The notes under the pieces are model-generated. The model made no database searches. It saw only the letters and a list, made by a program, of their open reading frames with translations, and had not been told where the DNA came from. Positions 1 to 8,689 of a stretch of 64,000 nt of DNA are shown here, one piece after another. This DNA comes from Cyanophyceae cyanobacterium. Its GTDB lineage: Bacteria > Cyanobacteriota > Cyanobacteriia > Cyanobacteriales > Laspinemataceae. Location of the stretch: positions 1 to 64,000 of the forward strand of contig JBBQFN010000015.1 of the NCBI GenBank assembly GCA_038321985.1, read 5' to 3'. Position 1 is the stretch's first letter. Each line of letters opens with the position of its first letter. Position numbers and translations under genes: made by a program.

Positions 1-255
1 TCCATAAACCTGAGTGCCTCCTTTTTTGTACAGAAAGGGTGATGGGCAATTTTTGCCTAATTTTTATCAGTTTAGGGCTAAACTTTGGACTTCCTAACTA
101 AATTTAATTATTTTTTAGTATTTTGGGGATTTATGAGACTCATTTTGGTCACTTTTAGAGCTAGAAGCCTTGACTTGTAAGGCTTTCAGTTCCTGGGCTG
201 GGGAGCGAGTACAAAACTAATTAGAAAAACTTATCACCAAAAAGTCTGAAGAGCC
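1..255 (-). mobile_element. Terminal part of a probable ISL3-family insertion sequence; the transposase would start at position 5 on the minus strand and run off the window
   Basis: Minus strand begins GGCTCTTCAGAC at 255 (ISL3 ends typically begin GGYTCTT), flanked by an AT-rich run (AAAAATTTTT). Subterminal hairpin AAGCCTT..AAGGCTT at ~165-185. Minus strand reads AGGAGGCACTCAGGTTT-ATG-GA at the window edge. The transposase itself is not visible. Confidence 0.5.
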
Positions 256-513
256 AAAAATTTTTATTTTTGTAAGCCTATTATAGGGATAAGTCGGCCA
301 ATTTTTACAAAAGAGTCGAGGAAGCAATTAGAACTTTTGCTTTCATTTAACGAGCAATTCCCCCAATACCCCTGATTCAAGGAGTGCTGTTGGAATTTTC
401 CCCCTCAATCTTAATAACTGATTAACAATCAGAAATTATCAGAAAACCAACCGCCGTAAGTAGTCCCGCTACAATTGAATAAAAATCAGATTGCTGAGGC
501 TTGTGAACCTATT

Positions 514-789
514 ATGAAACCTAACGTAGAAATCTATACCTGGAGTTGGTGTCCCTACTGTGTGCGGGCGAAAGCGCTGCTAGATCGCAAAGGTGTACAG
601 TATCAGGAATACTGCATTGATGGAGATGAAGATGCACGGGATCAGATGGCAACCCGTGCTAAGGGACGTAGATCCCTGCCTCAAATTTTTATCAACGATC
701 GCCATATCGGGGGGTGCGACGATTTGCACGCCCTAGAGGGTAAAAATCAGTTAGATCCGATGCTGCAACCGGAGTCAGTAGAGCAGTAG
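514..789 (+). CDS. grxC: Glutaredoxin 3
   Basis: CPYC active site, SLPQIFI and IGGCDDL motifs; directly upstream of gshB as is usual in cyanobacteria. ATG at 514 preferred over the TTG at 475. Confidence 0.93.
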   Translation: MKPNVEIYTWSWCPYCVRAKALLDRKGVQYQEYCIDGDEDARDQMATRAKGRRSLPQIFINDRHIGGCDDLHALEGKNQLDPMLQPESVEQ

Positions 790-814
790 TCAGGAGATAC
801 TCAAACTTAACCGT

Positions 815-845
815 GCGATCGCCTCCCAGGGGCGATCGCTTTTTT
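815..845 (+). terminator. HIP1-based hairpin followed by a T-run between grxC and gshB
   Basis: GCGATCGCC-tcccagg-GGCGATCGC followed by TTTTTT. Confidence 0.5.
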
Positions 846-913
846 GTCCCATTTAGCGGTTAAATAAAATAGGAAAATCTCCACCCAGACACCACTCAAA
901 AAGGGAAGTAGGC

Positions 914-1891
914 GTGAAATTTGCGTTCATCATTGATCCGATCCAAAAACTAGATCCCACCCACGATACCAGTGTCGCGCTAATGGAATCAGCGCAAGCA
1001 AAAGGACACGAGGTTTGGATAACTGAGGCGCACCAACTCAGCGTCGTGAATGGCAAAGCCTGGGCAATCCTCGACCAAGTTCAGCTAAAACCAATCGAAC
1101 GCGCAGGCGATCGCTGGATAGCAGCAAACCCCTGGTATCAAATCCAACCCGGCGGTTCCCAATCCCTGGAAGAAATGGATGTCGTGTTCATGCGAACCGA
1201 TCCCCCGGTGACTATTCCCTACCTCTACGCTACTTACATTCTCGATTACATCGACCCGAATAAAACCCTCGTCGTTAATTCTCCAAAAGGACTACGGGCA
1301 GCCAATGAAAAAATGTATGCCCTCCAGTTTACCTCCGTCATTCCTGAAACCATCGTCAGTCAAAGTAAAGCCGTCATTCGCGACTTTTTAAACAAAAAAG
1401 GTGCAGCGGTTCTCAAACCATTAGGGGGAAAAGCCGGGGAAGGCATTTTATTTTTGCAACCCGAGGATAAAAACTTCAATTCCCTCATTGAAATTAGCAC
1501 CAAACAGGGCAAAGAGCCGGTGATGGTTCAAACCTATCTTCCGGAAGCAAAAGAAGGGGATAAACGCATTATTCTCCTCAATGGTGAACCCATTGGCGCA
1601 GTGAATCGGGTCCCCAGTGGGAGTGAATTTCGCGGGAATATGGCCGTTGGAGGTCTTGCGGTCAAAACCGATATCACCGATCGCGAACGGCAAATCTGTA
1701 CCCAAGTCGGTCCGAAACTGCGAGAAGATGGGTTATATTTTGTCGGCCTTGATGCGATCGGGGGATATTTAACTGAGGTGAATGTTACCAGTCCGACAGG
1801 AATCCGAGAAATTGATAAATATTTACCGAATGATGAACGTTTAGGGCACCAAGTGATTGAATGGGTGGAAAGTTTTGTCTCGGTTAGATAA
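914..1891 (+). CDS. gshB: Glutathione synthetase
   Basis: MKFAFIIDPI..HDTS, FMRTDPP, NEK, KPLGGKAGEGI, GDKRI, RGNMAVGG, EVNVTSPTG motifs. Confidence 0.97.
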   Translation: MKFAFIIDPIQKLDPTHDTSVALMESAQAKGHEVWITEAHQLSVVNGKAWAILDQVQLKPIERAGDRWIAANPWYQIQPGGSQSLEEMDVVFMRTDPPVTIPYLYATYILDYIDPNKTLVVNSPKGLRAANEKMYALQFTSVIPETIVSQSKAVIRDFLNKKGAAVLKPLGGKAGEGILFLQPEDKNFNSLIEISTKQGKEPVMVQTYLPEAKEGDKRIILLNGEPIGAVNRVPSGSEFRGNMAVGGLAVKTDITDRERQICTQVGPKLREDGLYFVGLDAIGGYLTEVNVTSPTGIREIDKYLPNDERLGHQVIEWVESFVSVR

Positions 1892-2001
1892 AAAGAGGGG
1901 GGGATTTTTTGGAGTAACGACTTTACTTGTTCTCTCTTCATCCCTGATTCTTCATCCTTCTAATCACCCATGACTAACAACAAAGGAAATAAATAAGAAT
2001 T

Positions 2002-3162
2002 ATGACCAATTTATCAACTGCTTCCTCTTATTCTAGCGGTCAGAATTATGCACCGGGACCGATTGGTGTGGCCATTGTAGGGACGGGCTTTGGACAGAAA
2101 GTGCATATTCCCGCATTTAAAGAATATCCGGGGACAGAGGCGATCGCAGTCTATCATCGGGACATCAATCAGGCCGATGCGATCGCTACTACCCATCATA
2201 TTGCTTTCGCTACCGATGCGATCGCTGATATCGCCAAAATGCCGGAAGTGCAGGCCGTTAGTCTTTCTACTCCACCCTTTTTGCATTATGAAATGGCGAA
2301 ACCTTTGTTAGAAGCAGGCAAGCATCTGTTACTCGAAAAACCTACCACTTTATCGGCCCCCGAAGCCAAAGAACTCTATCAAATTGCTAAGGCTAACGGC
2401 GTAGTAACCGCCATGGATTTTGAATTTCGTTTTGTTCCAGCATGGCAGCGTCTTAAAGAATTGTTAGATGACGGCTACTGTGGAAAAATCCGTTTAATTA
2501 AAATTGATTGGTTAGTATCCTCTCGCGCTGATGCAAGTCGTCCTTGGAATTGGTACTCTCAGAAACAGCAAGGCGGTGGTGCTCTCGGGGCAGTCGGGTC
2601 TCATTGTTTTGATTATATTTCCTGGTTATTTGGGCCAGTCCAGCGCTTGTGTGCCTCCTTGAGTACGGCAGTGGCACAACGTCCAGATCCGAAGGCAGGG
2701 GGACAACTTAAACCCGTGGATGCCGATGATAGCTGTCTGCTGATGTTGGAATTGGCGGATGGTACTCCCACTCAAGTGAGTTTGAGTTCAGCAACTTACC
2801 AAGGACGGGGACATTGGGTAGAAGTGTATGGCGATCGCGGCACCTTAATTCTCGGCAGTGACAACCAGAAAGATTATGTGCATGGTTTTAAATTGTGGGG
2901 TGCACCGTCCGGAGAGTCTCTATCCCGATTAGAAATTCCCAACCGTCTGGAGTTTGCTAAAACCTACCCCGACGGAAGAATTGCCCCCTTTATCCGCGTG
3001 GTAGATAACTGGGTCCGAGGGATTGAGACCCGTCAGGCGATCGCTCCTTCCTTACGCGAAGGTGTCTATTCTCAACTCTTAATGGACCTAACCCATGAAT
3101 CCGATGAAACCGGCACTTGGGTCACCGTTCCCAATTTTAATGACTATCTAGCCCGGAGTTGA
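2002..3162 (+). CDS. Gfo/Idh/MocA family NAD(P)-dependent oxidoreductase
   Basis: VAIVGTGFG Rossmann start, STPPFLH, LLEKP, GGGALGAVGSH motifs. Confidence 0.9.
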   Translation: MTNLSTASSYSSGQNYAPGPIGVAIVGTGFGQKVHIPAFKEYPGTEAIAVYHRDINQADAIATTHHIAFATDAIADIAKMPEVQAVSLSTPPFLHYEMAKPLLEAGKHLLLEKPTTLSAPEAKELYQIAKANGVVTAMDFEFRFVPAWQRLKELLDDGYCGKIRLIKIDWLVSSRADASRPWNWYSQKQQGGGALGAVGSHCFDYISWLFGPVQRLCASLSTAVAQRPDPKAGGQLKPVDADDSCLLMLELADGTPTQVSLSSATYQGRGHWVEVYGDRGTLILGSDNQKDYVHGFKLWGAPSGESLSRLEIPNRLEFAKTYPDGRIAPFIRVVDNWVRGIETRQAIAPSLREGVYSQLLMDLTHESDETGTWVTVPNFNDYLARS

Positions 3163-3184
3163 ACACAGGCAACGTTCAATATTC

Positions 3185-3445
3185 CGACTTCAGTCGTTAT
3201 TTTCTTACGTTCGTAGTAACGACTTTAGTCGTTTCTTCCCCAATTTTTGTTGGTGTCACGACTTCAGTCGTTATTTTCTTACGTTCGTAGTAACGACTTT
3301 AGTCGTTTCTTCGCCTTAAATCAATCACGACTAAAGTCGTTACTACAAACATCAGCCTCACGTTTATTATCCAAGTTTTTTTGTGCCACGACTTCAGTCT
3401 TTTTTCCCCCTGAATTAGTAACGACTTTAGTCGTTACTACAAACG
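3185..3445. repeat. Cluster of GTAG-type REP-like palindromes (BIME-like)
   Basis: Multiple copies in both orientations of (GTAG)TAACGACTT[T/C]AGTCGTT; ~54-bp direct repeat at 3185 and 3259 (period 74); perfect 11-bp stem TAGTAACGACT-TT-AGTCGTTACTA at 3416-3439; lies between convergent genes. Confidence 0.8.
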
Positions 3446-3459
3446 TAAACCCCAACTTT

Positions 3460-4020
3460 CTAACATTCTTTCAAACTTGAAGGCGGATAAGACGGCGACA
3501 TCTCCTCGGGGCGATCGCCGGGGAGTTCCTCAATCCAAACCCGGACCCCTATTTTGCGAACCTTTCCCATCCGACCTGCTTTTGGCCCCTCTAAAATTTG
3601 CACCTTTGACCCCACCTGCGGCAACTCGGTACAACTTGCTTCAGACGCCAGGGCCAGGGCCACTAACTTATCGATCGCCTGAGATGCTGGAATCGTTTGT
3701 TCTTGTAACCATTCCACCGTCTCCGGTGCCAGGGAAAATAACTTGCGGACTCTGTTTTTTTTCCGGCTCTTTGGCCCTTTCTTCAAATTCGCCTTGGAAT
3801 TGGGGTGATGTCCCCGCTTAGTGGGTTCTGCGATCACTTGAATCTCCCCCGTGCCTAAAACCCGGTTACAGGTGGTCCGAATGTAGCACTCTTGCTCGGT
3901 TTCACACACCTCGGCAATCTCGAAAATCTGACACTCATACCAGTCTGAGTGCTGTGGATCCGTGCGGCAGACCACCTTCTGACCGGGGTGAAATTGTTTT
4001 CTGTCATCGAACATTGACAT
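3460..4020 (-). CDS. Hypothetical protein with a basic HPNS-x-x-NL segment, a possible ribbon-helix-helix and a C-terminal KOW-like motif
   Basis: 186-aa ORF with GGAG RBS; RVRKLFSLAPETVEWLQEQ..ASQAIDKLV; VGSKVQILEGPKAGRMGKV. Confidence 0.65.
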   Translation of the reverse strand: MSMFDDRKQFHPGQKVVCRTDPQHSDWYECQIFEIAEVCETEQECYIRTTCNRVLGTGEIQVIAEPTKRGHHPNSKANLKKGPKSRKKNRVRKLFSLAPETVEWLQEQTIPASQAIDKLVALALASEASCTELPQVGSKVQILEGPKAGRMGKVRKIGVRVWIEELPGDRPEEMSPSYPPSSLKEC

Positions 4021-4099
4021 TTCTCCAATCAGTATATACGATTAGAATATAGCTCAAACTATCCCAGCAGGATTAAGAAAACCTTTAAGTTTTCCTCCT

Positions 4100-4141
4100 C
4101 CACTGCTAGGGGGGAATGTCTCAGGCTCCCCCTAGCAGTGG
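4100..4141. other. Perfect 14-bp inverted repeat between divergent orphan ORFs
   Basis: CCACTGCTAGGGGG (4100-4113) ... CCCCCTAGCAGTGG (4128-4141). Confidence 0.7.
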
Positions 4142-4298
4142 GGTAATGATCACTTGTTCGGGAGAGTTTGAGGACCGGCATCATAGCGAAAACGGTTATG
4201 GCGCAATCACTCTAGGACATTTTCCCGGTGAAAGCCAAAGGGAGAGCGGCCCAAGACCGAGGGCAATCCATAGCATATAGACAATTGGAGAGGGGACA

Positions 4299-4610
4299 AT
4301 GAACAAGCAAGCGTATGACGCCTTAAATCGCCTAGCAAAGAGATTGCACCAAACCCCGGGGACTGACGGCCCTGCAACAGAAGCGGAAGTCGCCCAGATT
4401 GCGGCAGCCTATCTTAACACCCTGGTGGAAAATTTATCGGATCGCGAATTGGTCCAAGCGATTGATGAATATCGCTCGGGTCACACTCGAATCAAACAAG
4501 TATCGGAGTCCGTTCAAAAGTGGTTGGAAACCGATGTGGGTCACCGTCAGGAGCAAGAGTTTAAAGAATTTATCGCCCAATTAAACAGCAGAATGGGCAA
4601 TATTGTCTAG
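4299..4610 (+). CDS. Hypothetical helical protein
   Basis: 103-aa ORF with a strong RBS (GGAGAGGGG); no recognisable motif. Confidence 0.7.
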   Translation: MNKQAYDALNRLAKRLHQTPGTDGPATEAEVAQIAAAYLNTLVENLSDRELVQAIDEYRSGHTRIKQVSESVQKWLETDVGHRQEQEFKEFIAQLNSRMGNIV

Positions 4611-4777
4611 GGTTAAGGGAGTGTAACCCAAGAGACAATTGATAGAATGATAGGAACCAAAATCAAGAAAACCCCAGGCGATCGCTTGAGGTTTTCTTTG
4701 TTGATGTTCTAAATATCAAGGGGCGATCGCGCCGGATAAACTCCTCCCGTGAAGAATCTGGCCGCCAATCGCTCCAA

Positions 4778-5509
4778 TTATACCCGTTTGCCTTCGCGGA
4801 ACTGTCCGGGGAAGCGTCTGCCATTAGCATCAATTAGAACGCCTTGGCCGTGGGGAACACCTTGGCGTAATTCGCCCTCATAGCGGGTGCCATTGGGGAA
4901 GCTACAGGTGCCGTTGGCGTCTAAGTTTTCATTAAAAAACCGGCCTTGGCAGCGAGTACCATCGACACGGTTGAGGGATCCCTGCCCGAACGGCTGTCCG
5001 GCAAAAAATTCTCCGACATAGCGATCGCCATTGCTGAAGATAAATTGCCCTTGTCCAGCGGGTTGAGAGGTAATTTCCCCACTGTCCACATACTGAAGCA
5101 CCTCGAAAGTGCCTTCATAACGGGAACCATCGGAGAAAATAGCATTCCCCCGGACAATATTTCCATTGCGAAATGTCCCTTCATAACGGGCATCATCGGC
5201 GAAAATAAAAGTACCTTCTCCGTTGGGACGACCTGCACTAAAGAGTCCTTCATAGCGATCGCCATTGGCATATACATAGACTCCTCTACCACTGGGAACG
5301 CCATTGGCAAACCCTCCGATATAGTTGTCCCCATTGTTGTAATTACACTTAACTGGACCGGCGCTTGGGTCCCCGCTGCAAGAGGGAGGCACATAAGTTT
5401 CCCCACCTTCTTGTGCGGTTAATATGGGCTGATGGCTGACCAAACTGGTAATCTGCATCACAGATGCTACCAATATTGTCATTCCTATTTTTTTGAGAGA
5501 GTCAGTCAT
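4778..5509 (-). CDS. Secreted MORN-repeat protein
   Basis: Signal-peptide-like N-terminus; repeated NGDxYxGxFxxGxPxGxG MORN units. Confidence 0.9.
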   Translation of the reverse strand: MTDSLKKIGMTILVASVMQITSLVSHQPILTAQEGGETYVPPSCSGDPSAGPVKCNYNNGDNYIGGFANGVPSGRGVYVYANGDRYEGLFSAGRPNGEGTFIFADDARYEGTFRNGNIVRGNAIFSDGSRYEGTFEVLQYVDSGEITSQPAGQGQFIFSNGDRYVGEFFAGQPFGQGSLNRVDGTRCQGRFFNENLDANGTCSFPNGTRYEGELRQGVPHGQGVLIDANGRRFPGQFREGKRV

Positions 5510-5698
5510 AATTCTAACGTTCTCCTATGTGCATGGTTATTATCTATTCTATGTTTTCAAAACCGAAAACTTCTTCTGCAATTGGGTAGATTCACCCGGG
5601 AGAGGCGATCGCGATCGGTGCTACTAGATGCGATCGCCTCTTTGATCCTCTCCGGCGCTTTGGGACCATGGGTTAGCTAGATATCCTTGAAAAGGAAA

Positions 5699-7027
5699 CT
5701 AACGCTTTAATGCCAGGTTAACTCCGCTCGGGTTAACCTCCGGGGCTTCTTCTTCTCCCAGAAGTTTACCCACCTCAATTCCGTTTTGCTCCAGAATCAC
5801 AATCGGCTCAGCAGAATCTAAATTTTGCACCTCTTTCACCAGCACTTGGCCTAAAGCAATGCGATCGCCCACCGTCACATATCGCGAAGTTGCCTCATTG
5901 GGTGCCTTAACAATAATTTGGACTCGACCCCCAGCTCGAATTACCCCCGTCACTTCCGTGCCTTCGGCTAAATCCGTAGAAGGAGGCGGGGGTGGGATTG
6001 GAGGTGGCGGTGGCGGTGGCAGTTGTTCCGGACCAATAGCCACAGGCAAATCTGGAAGAGTCGGCACTCCTCGGGTCACCAGGGGTGGAATCGATGGCGG
6101 CGAGGGTGGACCAGCTGGTGCCTGTGCCACCACCGGAGGAAGCCGTTCTGGACCAATTCCTACCGGCAGGTCCGGTAGACTAGGCACGCCTCGGGGTGAA
6201 AGCGGTGGCGGAGACGGGGTTTGTGCCACCACCGGAGGAAGCTGTTCTGGACCAATTCCTCCGGGCAAATTCGGTAGACTAGGCACCCCTCGACCGGCTA
6301 GAGGGGGAATAGTGGGGGGTTGGGGAGGAGCCGGTGGGCCACTCCCCCTTTGCTCTGCGGGTCGGGGTCTTGGGGGGAGTTGTTCTGGACCAATTCCCAC
6401 AGGCAAATCAGGAAGGTTAGGAACCCCTTGTCCTGGGAGGTTCGGAAGTTGAGGACCTTGAGAACCTGCTGCTCCGGGTCGGCCTCCAGGGGCGGCTCCA
6501 GCTCGGCCTCCAGCTCCGCCTCCAGGTCCTGGGAAGGGTCCAAAGGGTTGTGCTTGGGCGATCGCCCCTGCTTGAGCGGGGGGTAATTGCGGACCGATCG
6601 CCCCAGGCAATTCGGGAAGGTTGGGAACCTCACGAGTTGCCACTTCCGGAAGTCTAGGAGTAGCCGGTTCTGCTCCCGGTCGAGGGGTCACCGGGACTGG
6701 CTGTACGTCCAGGACACCAAAGGGGTTTTCCTGAGCCTGTTGAGTTTTTTGCTGTTCGAGTTGGCGCACCCGGTCCTCTGGACTGGTCGGCGGAATTAAA
6801 TTCCCGATGGAAGTCGGATCCGGGCGCTGAGGCACCACAGGTTGTGGAAATTCCGGGGTTTCGCTTTGTTCTGCTGTTTCTGGGGATTCTCCTGGCGGTG
6901 GAGTCTCCGTTGTCGTGGGAGATGGCTCGACAGGGGCGACGACTTCCGGAGTCTCCGGTTCACCACCACACGCACTCAAAATGAGGACGAGCATCCCAAT
7001 TGACACCTTTAATAAAAGTTGACGCAT
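5699..7027 (-). CDS. Proline-rich lipoprotein with a C-terminal PilP/GspC-like beta domain
   Basis: Lipobox ILSAC; long Pro-rich region with ~5 GVPxLPxLPxxIGPEQLPP repeats; C-terminal EVTGVI..IIVKAP..YVTVGDRI..VLVKEV..IVILEQNG. Confidence 0.7.
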   Translation of the reverse strand: MRQLLLKVSIGMLVLILSACGGEPETPEVVAPVEPSPTTTETPPPGESPETAEQSETPEFPQPVVPQRPDPTSIGNLIPPTSPEDRVRQLEQQKTQQAQENPFGVLDVQPVPVTPRPGAEPATPRLPEVATREVPNLPELPGAIGPQLPPAQAGAIAQAQPFGPFPGPGGGAGGRAGAAPGGRPGAAGSQGPQLPNLPGQGVPNLPDLPVGIGPEQLPPRPRPAEQRGSGPPAPPQPPTIPPLAGRGVPSLPNLPGGIGPEQLPPVVAQTPSPPPLSPRGVPSLPDLPVGIGPERLPPVVAQAPAGPPSPPSIPPLVTRGVPTLPDLPVAIGPEQLPPPPPPPIPPPPPSTDLAEGTEVTGVIRAGGRVQIIVKAPNEATSRYVTVGDRIALGQVLVKEVQNLDSAEPIVILEQNGIEVGKLLGEEEAPEVNPSGVNLALKR

Positions 7028-7415
7028 GGCCGCTGATTATTAGGATTTAGTACAAAGATAGCCGATCAATCCAAAACTGCTTCATCATTTGGATTAGCAA
7101 TTTCGCAGGGTCAGCTCCATTTTTTATCGATCGCCGGGTTCGTTTACTAAACCCTCTCTTGACAAAAATGATTAAGTAAGGTAGGAAATTAGGCGATCGG
7201 CTATTTTAGGGTCAGGACTGCTTGGGGTTCCGAAATCGGAAAATAGGCAGCCCGCTACTAGAAAAGGGCTTCTAGCAAGGGGATAGGGCTTTTCTTATGG
7301 CGCTCTGAGAGCCAGCAAAAAGATCTAAACTTAATATGTTCATCTGCTTATTGTACTCTAATTGTTCAAAGGAAGAAATGCCGGGAGATTAAACTTTTTT
7401 CTCGGAGAGAACCGG

Positions 7416-8033
7416 CTATATTTTAGTAAAAATAGTCAGCCACACGGGGCCGAGAAGGGAGTAATGTCCCATGCAGTCGAGTCCCGCTTCTGTGCCGAGT
7501 TGTTCGCGCCTTTGAGGGGTATAGAGGCGGATATTAGTAGGGGATACTCCCAATCCACCGGAGGCGGTTTGTCCGGGTATCGTAAAATCGACTAAGTAGT
7601 ATTTTCCCCCCGGATGTAATATGCGGCTGACTTCGGATAAAACCTGGGTGGGATTGGGGTAGTGGAGAAAACTAATGGTATTGAAAACTGTATCAAATTG
7701 TGCGTCAGTGAAGGGGAGGTTTTCAGCGTTTCCTTCGATGAAAATGAGACGGGGACGATGGCGATCTCGCTTTTTTTCTCGTGCTTGACGAATCATCTGT
7801 GATGATAGGTCAAATCCGGTCCCCCGCAGGGTGGGAAATTCCTCCGCAAGGCGATCGAGCAGTCTGCCGGTCCCGCATCCGAGGTCTAGCACATTGGGAT
7901 TGTCGGCTAATTGTAGATAATCCAGCAATCTTTTGTGAAGGGCTTGATAAAAGACGGTCGTGAACAGGATATCGTAGTTAGGTGCCCAGCGGTCAAAAAT
8001 CTTTTGTTTTTTGATGATTTCTGGGTGAGTCAC
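7416..8033 (-). CDS. Class I SAM-dependent methyltransferase (UbiE-like)
   Basis: VLDLGCGTG, DLSSQMI, AENLPF..FD, RILHPGG motifs. Confidence 0.92.
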   Translation of the reverse strand: MTHPEIIKKQKIFDRWAPNYDILFTTVFYQALHKRLLDYLQLADNPNVLDLGCGTGRLLDRLAEEFPTLRGTGFDLSSQMIRQAREKKRDRHRPRLIFIEGNAENLPFTDAQFDTVFNTISFLHYPNPTQVLSEVSRILHPGGKYYLVDFTIPGQTASGGLGVSPTNIRLYTPQRREQLGTEAGLDCMGHYSLLGPVWLTIFTKI

Positions 8034-8096
8034 AGTTAAGTTCTCCTCAAGTTTAGGATACTATTTTAACTGGTTTTCCTCAGGTCTGTAGTTAGT

Positions 8097-8603
8097 CTAT
8101 TGTGTGACGCGGTAGTTTTGGGCGATCGCATAAAAGAGGGAGTAATAATCTCCAAATCGGTCTTTGGGCGACTGTCCTTGCCAAGTATAAATTACATCTC
8201 CCGATTCCAGCGTCATCCGCATCACACTTTCGTCGGTTCCCACTTCCACCTCTAAAAAGGCAGGTAATCCCTGTTCTGTCGTGAAGTTAGAATCAGCAGG
8301 GGAGGGCGGTTCCTCTTCTATGTCTAATCCTGTTAATTTCAAAGTTCCCCATCCTCTAACTTCAATATTGGGGTAGTCCGGATGATGAAACGCGCGTCCA
8401 TCCTGATTCGTGGGGGGAGGGAGTGCTACCCAACCTTCGGGATAGGGAAACTCGAACCCAAAGCGCTGATTTTGATAGGTCTTCCATTGGGTGGGGACGG
8501 TGGAATTGGTGGGAGTGCAAGCGGAAATCAGGAAAGCGATCGCCATTCCCGATGCGATTTGGGGGAACAGTGCTGTGGAGATGGGATGACGAAAAAAAGT
8601 CAT
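8097..8603 (-). CDS. Small lipoprotein, PsbP/Mog1p-like N-terminal strand pattern
   Basis: Lipobox LISAC followed by WKTYQNQRFGFEFPYPEGW; ATG at 8603 preferred because the longer ORF overlaps the upstream gene. Confidence 0.7.
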   Translation of the reverse strand: MTFFRHPISTALFPQIASGMAIAFLISACTPTNSTVPTQWKTYQNQRFGFEFPYPEGWVALPPPTNQDGRAFHHPDYPNIEVRGWGTLKLTGLDIEEEPPSPADSNFTTEQGLPAFLEVEVGTDESVMRMTLESGDVIYTWQGQSPKDRFGDYYSLFYAIAQNYRVTQ

Positions 8604-8689
8604 AAATACACCGGCGATCGGCTGGGATAACGGGGAGGGAAGCAATGCCGGAACAACGCCCGAGGCAACTGCCCCTCCCGAACACTCCA

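Noticed and set aside
3185..3445. Possible CRISPR array (period 74 bp)
   Set aside because: Units occur in both orientations, the intervening sequence is itself duplicated rather than unique, and there are no cas genes; fits REP/BIME
3247..3821. Plus-strand ORFs 3247-3480 and 3477-3821
   Set aside because: The first is a translation of the REP repeats; the second is antisense to the better-supported minus-strand ORF
4141..4298. Possible riboswitch or structured RNA (GGT-GAAA-GCC tetraloop)
   Set aside because: No match to a riboswitch consensus I can recognise; one short stem only
7200..7290. Hairpins upstream of the Pro-rich lipoprotein
   Set aside because: Short stems, no recognisable family, cannot be distinguished from chance
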